Virus record (IMG/VR): IMGVR_UViG_3300005435_000020
Location: 36,908 to 100,907 of that record
Source of the DNA: a virus
Direction: 5' to 3' (one strand)
DNA: 64,000 bases
Every line of letters starts with the position of its first letter. Positions within the stretch are counted from its first letter, which is position 1. The notes under the pieces were generated by a model. The model saw only the letters and a program-made list of their open reading frames with translations. It searched no databases and was not told the origin of the DNA. The position numbers and the translations under genes were made by a program. Shown piece after piece: positions 63,679 to 64,000 of this stretch.

Positions 63679-64000
63679 TCGGATGCCCTCACTTTGGGTA
63701 CGATGTCCACGCGGGAGATGTGGGGGCGTATATGGCAATGCTGGTCCCGATTCCTACTTTCTCTGCATACCCCTTCCGCTATACACCGAATAGTCAGGTG
63801 GTCTTTCATCCAGGGAATGGCTTTCACTGTCTCTCGTCTCACCGCAGCCATCAACCGCCTTATCTCCCACTGTGAGAGAACACAAAGTCTGACGTGGCAA
63901 ATGTTTATGAGACTGTTCAAGTTAGCCGTCATTATCAGGTTGGTTGGTGTCGCGTTGGGGAGCACAAACCTCGCATCTTCTGACGGCACTCCTGCGCTTA
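63675..64000 (-). CDS. thyX: FAD-dependent thymidylate synthase (5'-truncated by the window edge)
   Basis: EDARFVLPNATPTNLIMTANL...RLC..SQWEIR. Confidence 0.9.
   Translation of the reverse strand, partial: SAGVPSEDARFVLPNATPTNLIMTANLNSLINICHVRLCVLSQWEIRRLMAAVRRETVKAIPWMKDHLTIRCIAEGVCRESRNRDQHCHIRPHISRVDIVPKVRASE

Larger units (their letters stand above)
1..64000. mobile_element. Temperate tailed phage genome segment (siphovirus-type tail, T4-like head genes, serine integrase)
   Basis: Terminase, portal, protease, capsid, neck, tail tube, tape measure, lysis genes, integrase and repressor are all present; no host core genes; two converging transcription arms. Confidence 0.97.

Noticed and set aside
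1-64000. Alternative genetic code or stop-codon reassignment
   Set aside because: Genes are intact and densely packed under the standard code, and all three stop codons are used

Overview
The whole 64 kb window is one bacteriophage genome segment with no host housekeeping DNA. It looks like a large temperate siphovirus, and the host is probably a monoderm Terrabacteria member such as Chloroflexota, which is an inference from enzyme types and frequent TTG/GTG starts. Two arms converge on a bidirectional terminator at about 13,040-13,080. The + arm (1-13,031) carries RNA ligase, SSB, secreted CAP/CHAP proteins and an amidase, nucleotide-metabolism genes, nucleases, a putative late activator, a large serine integrase and a lipoprotein. 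The - arm (64,000 to 13,077) carries thyX, terminases and a T4 gp20-like portal, then a ~20 kb block of fibre, spike and glycan-active genes. It continues with a T4 gp21/gp22-like protease-scaffold, a gp23-like capsid, two glycosyltransferases, siphoviral neck and tail genes (including a -1 frameshifted chaperone and a 2318-aa tape measure) and the lysis region. The most striking observation is a signalling module inside the lysis cassette: endolysin, TM/coiled-coil/pseudo-receiver protein, CHASE3-PAS histidine kinase, Rcp1-type receiver, XRE repressor apparently lacking the S24 autocleavage serine, HNH-like protein, holin-like protein. This suggests signal-controlled lysis timing or non-SOS induction. 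All calls come from motif recognition by eye; no database searches were run.
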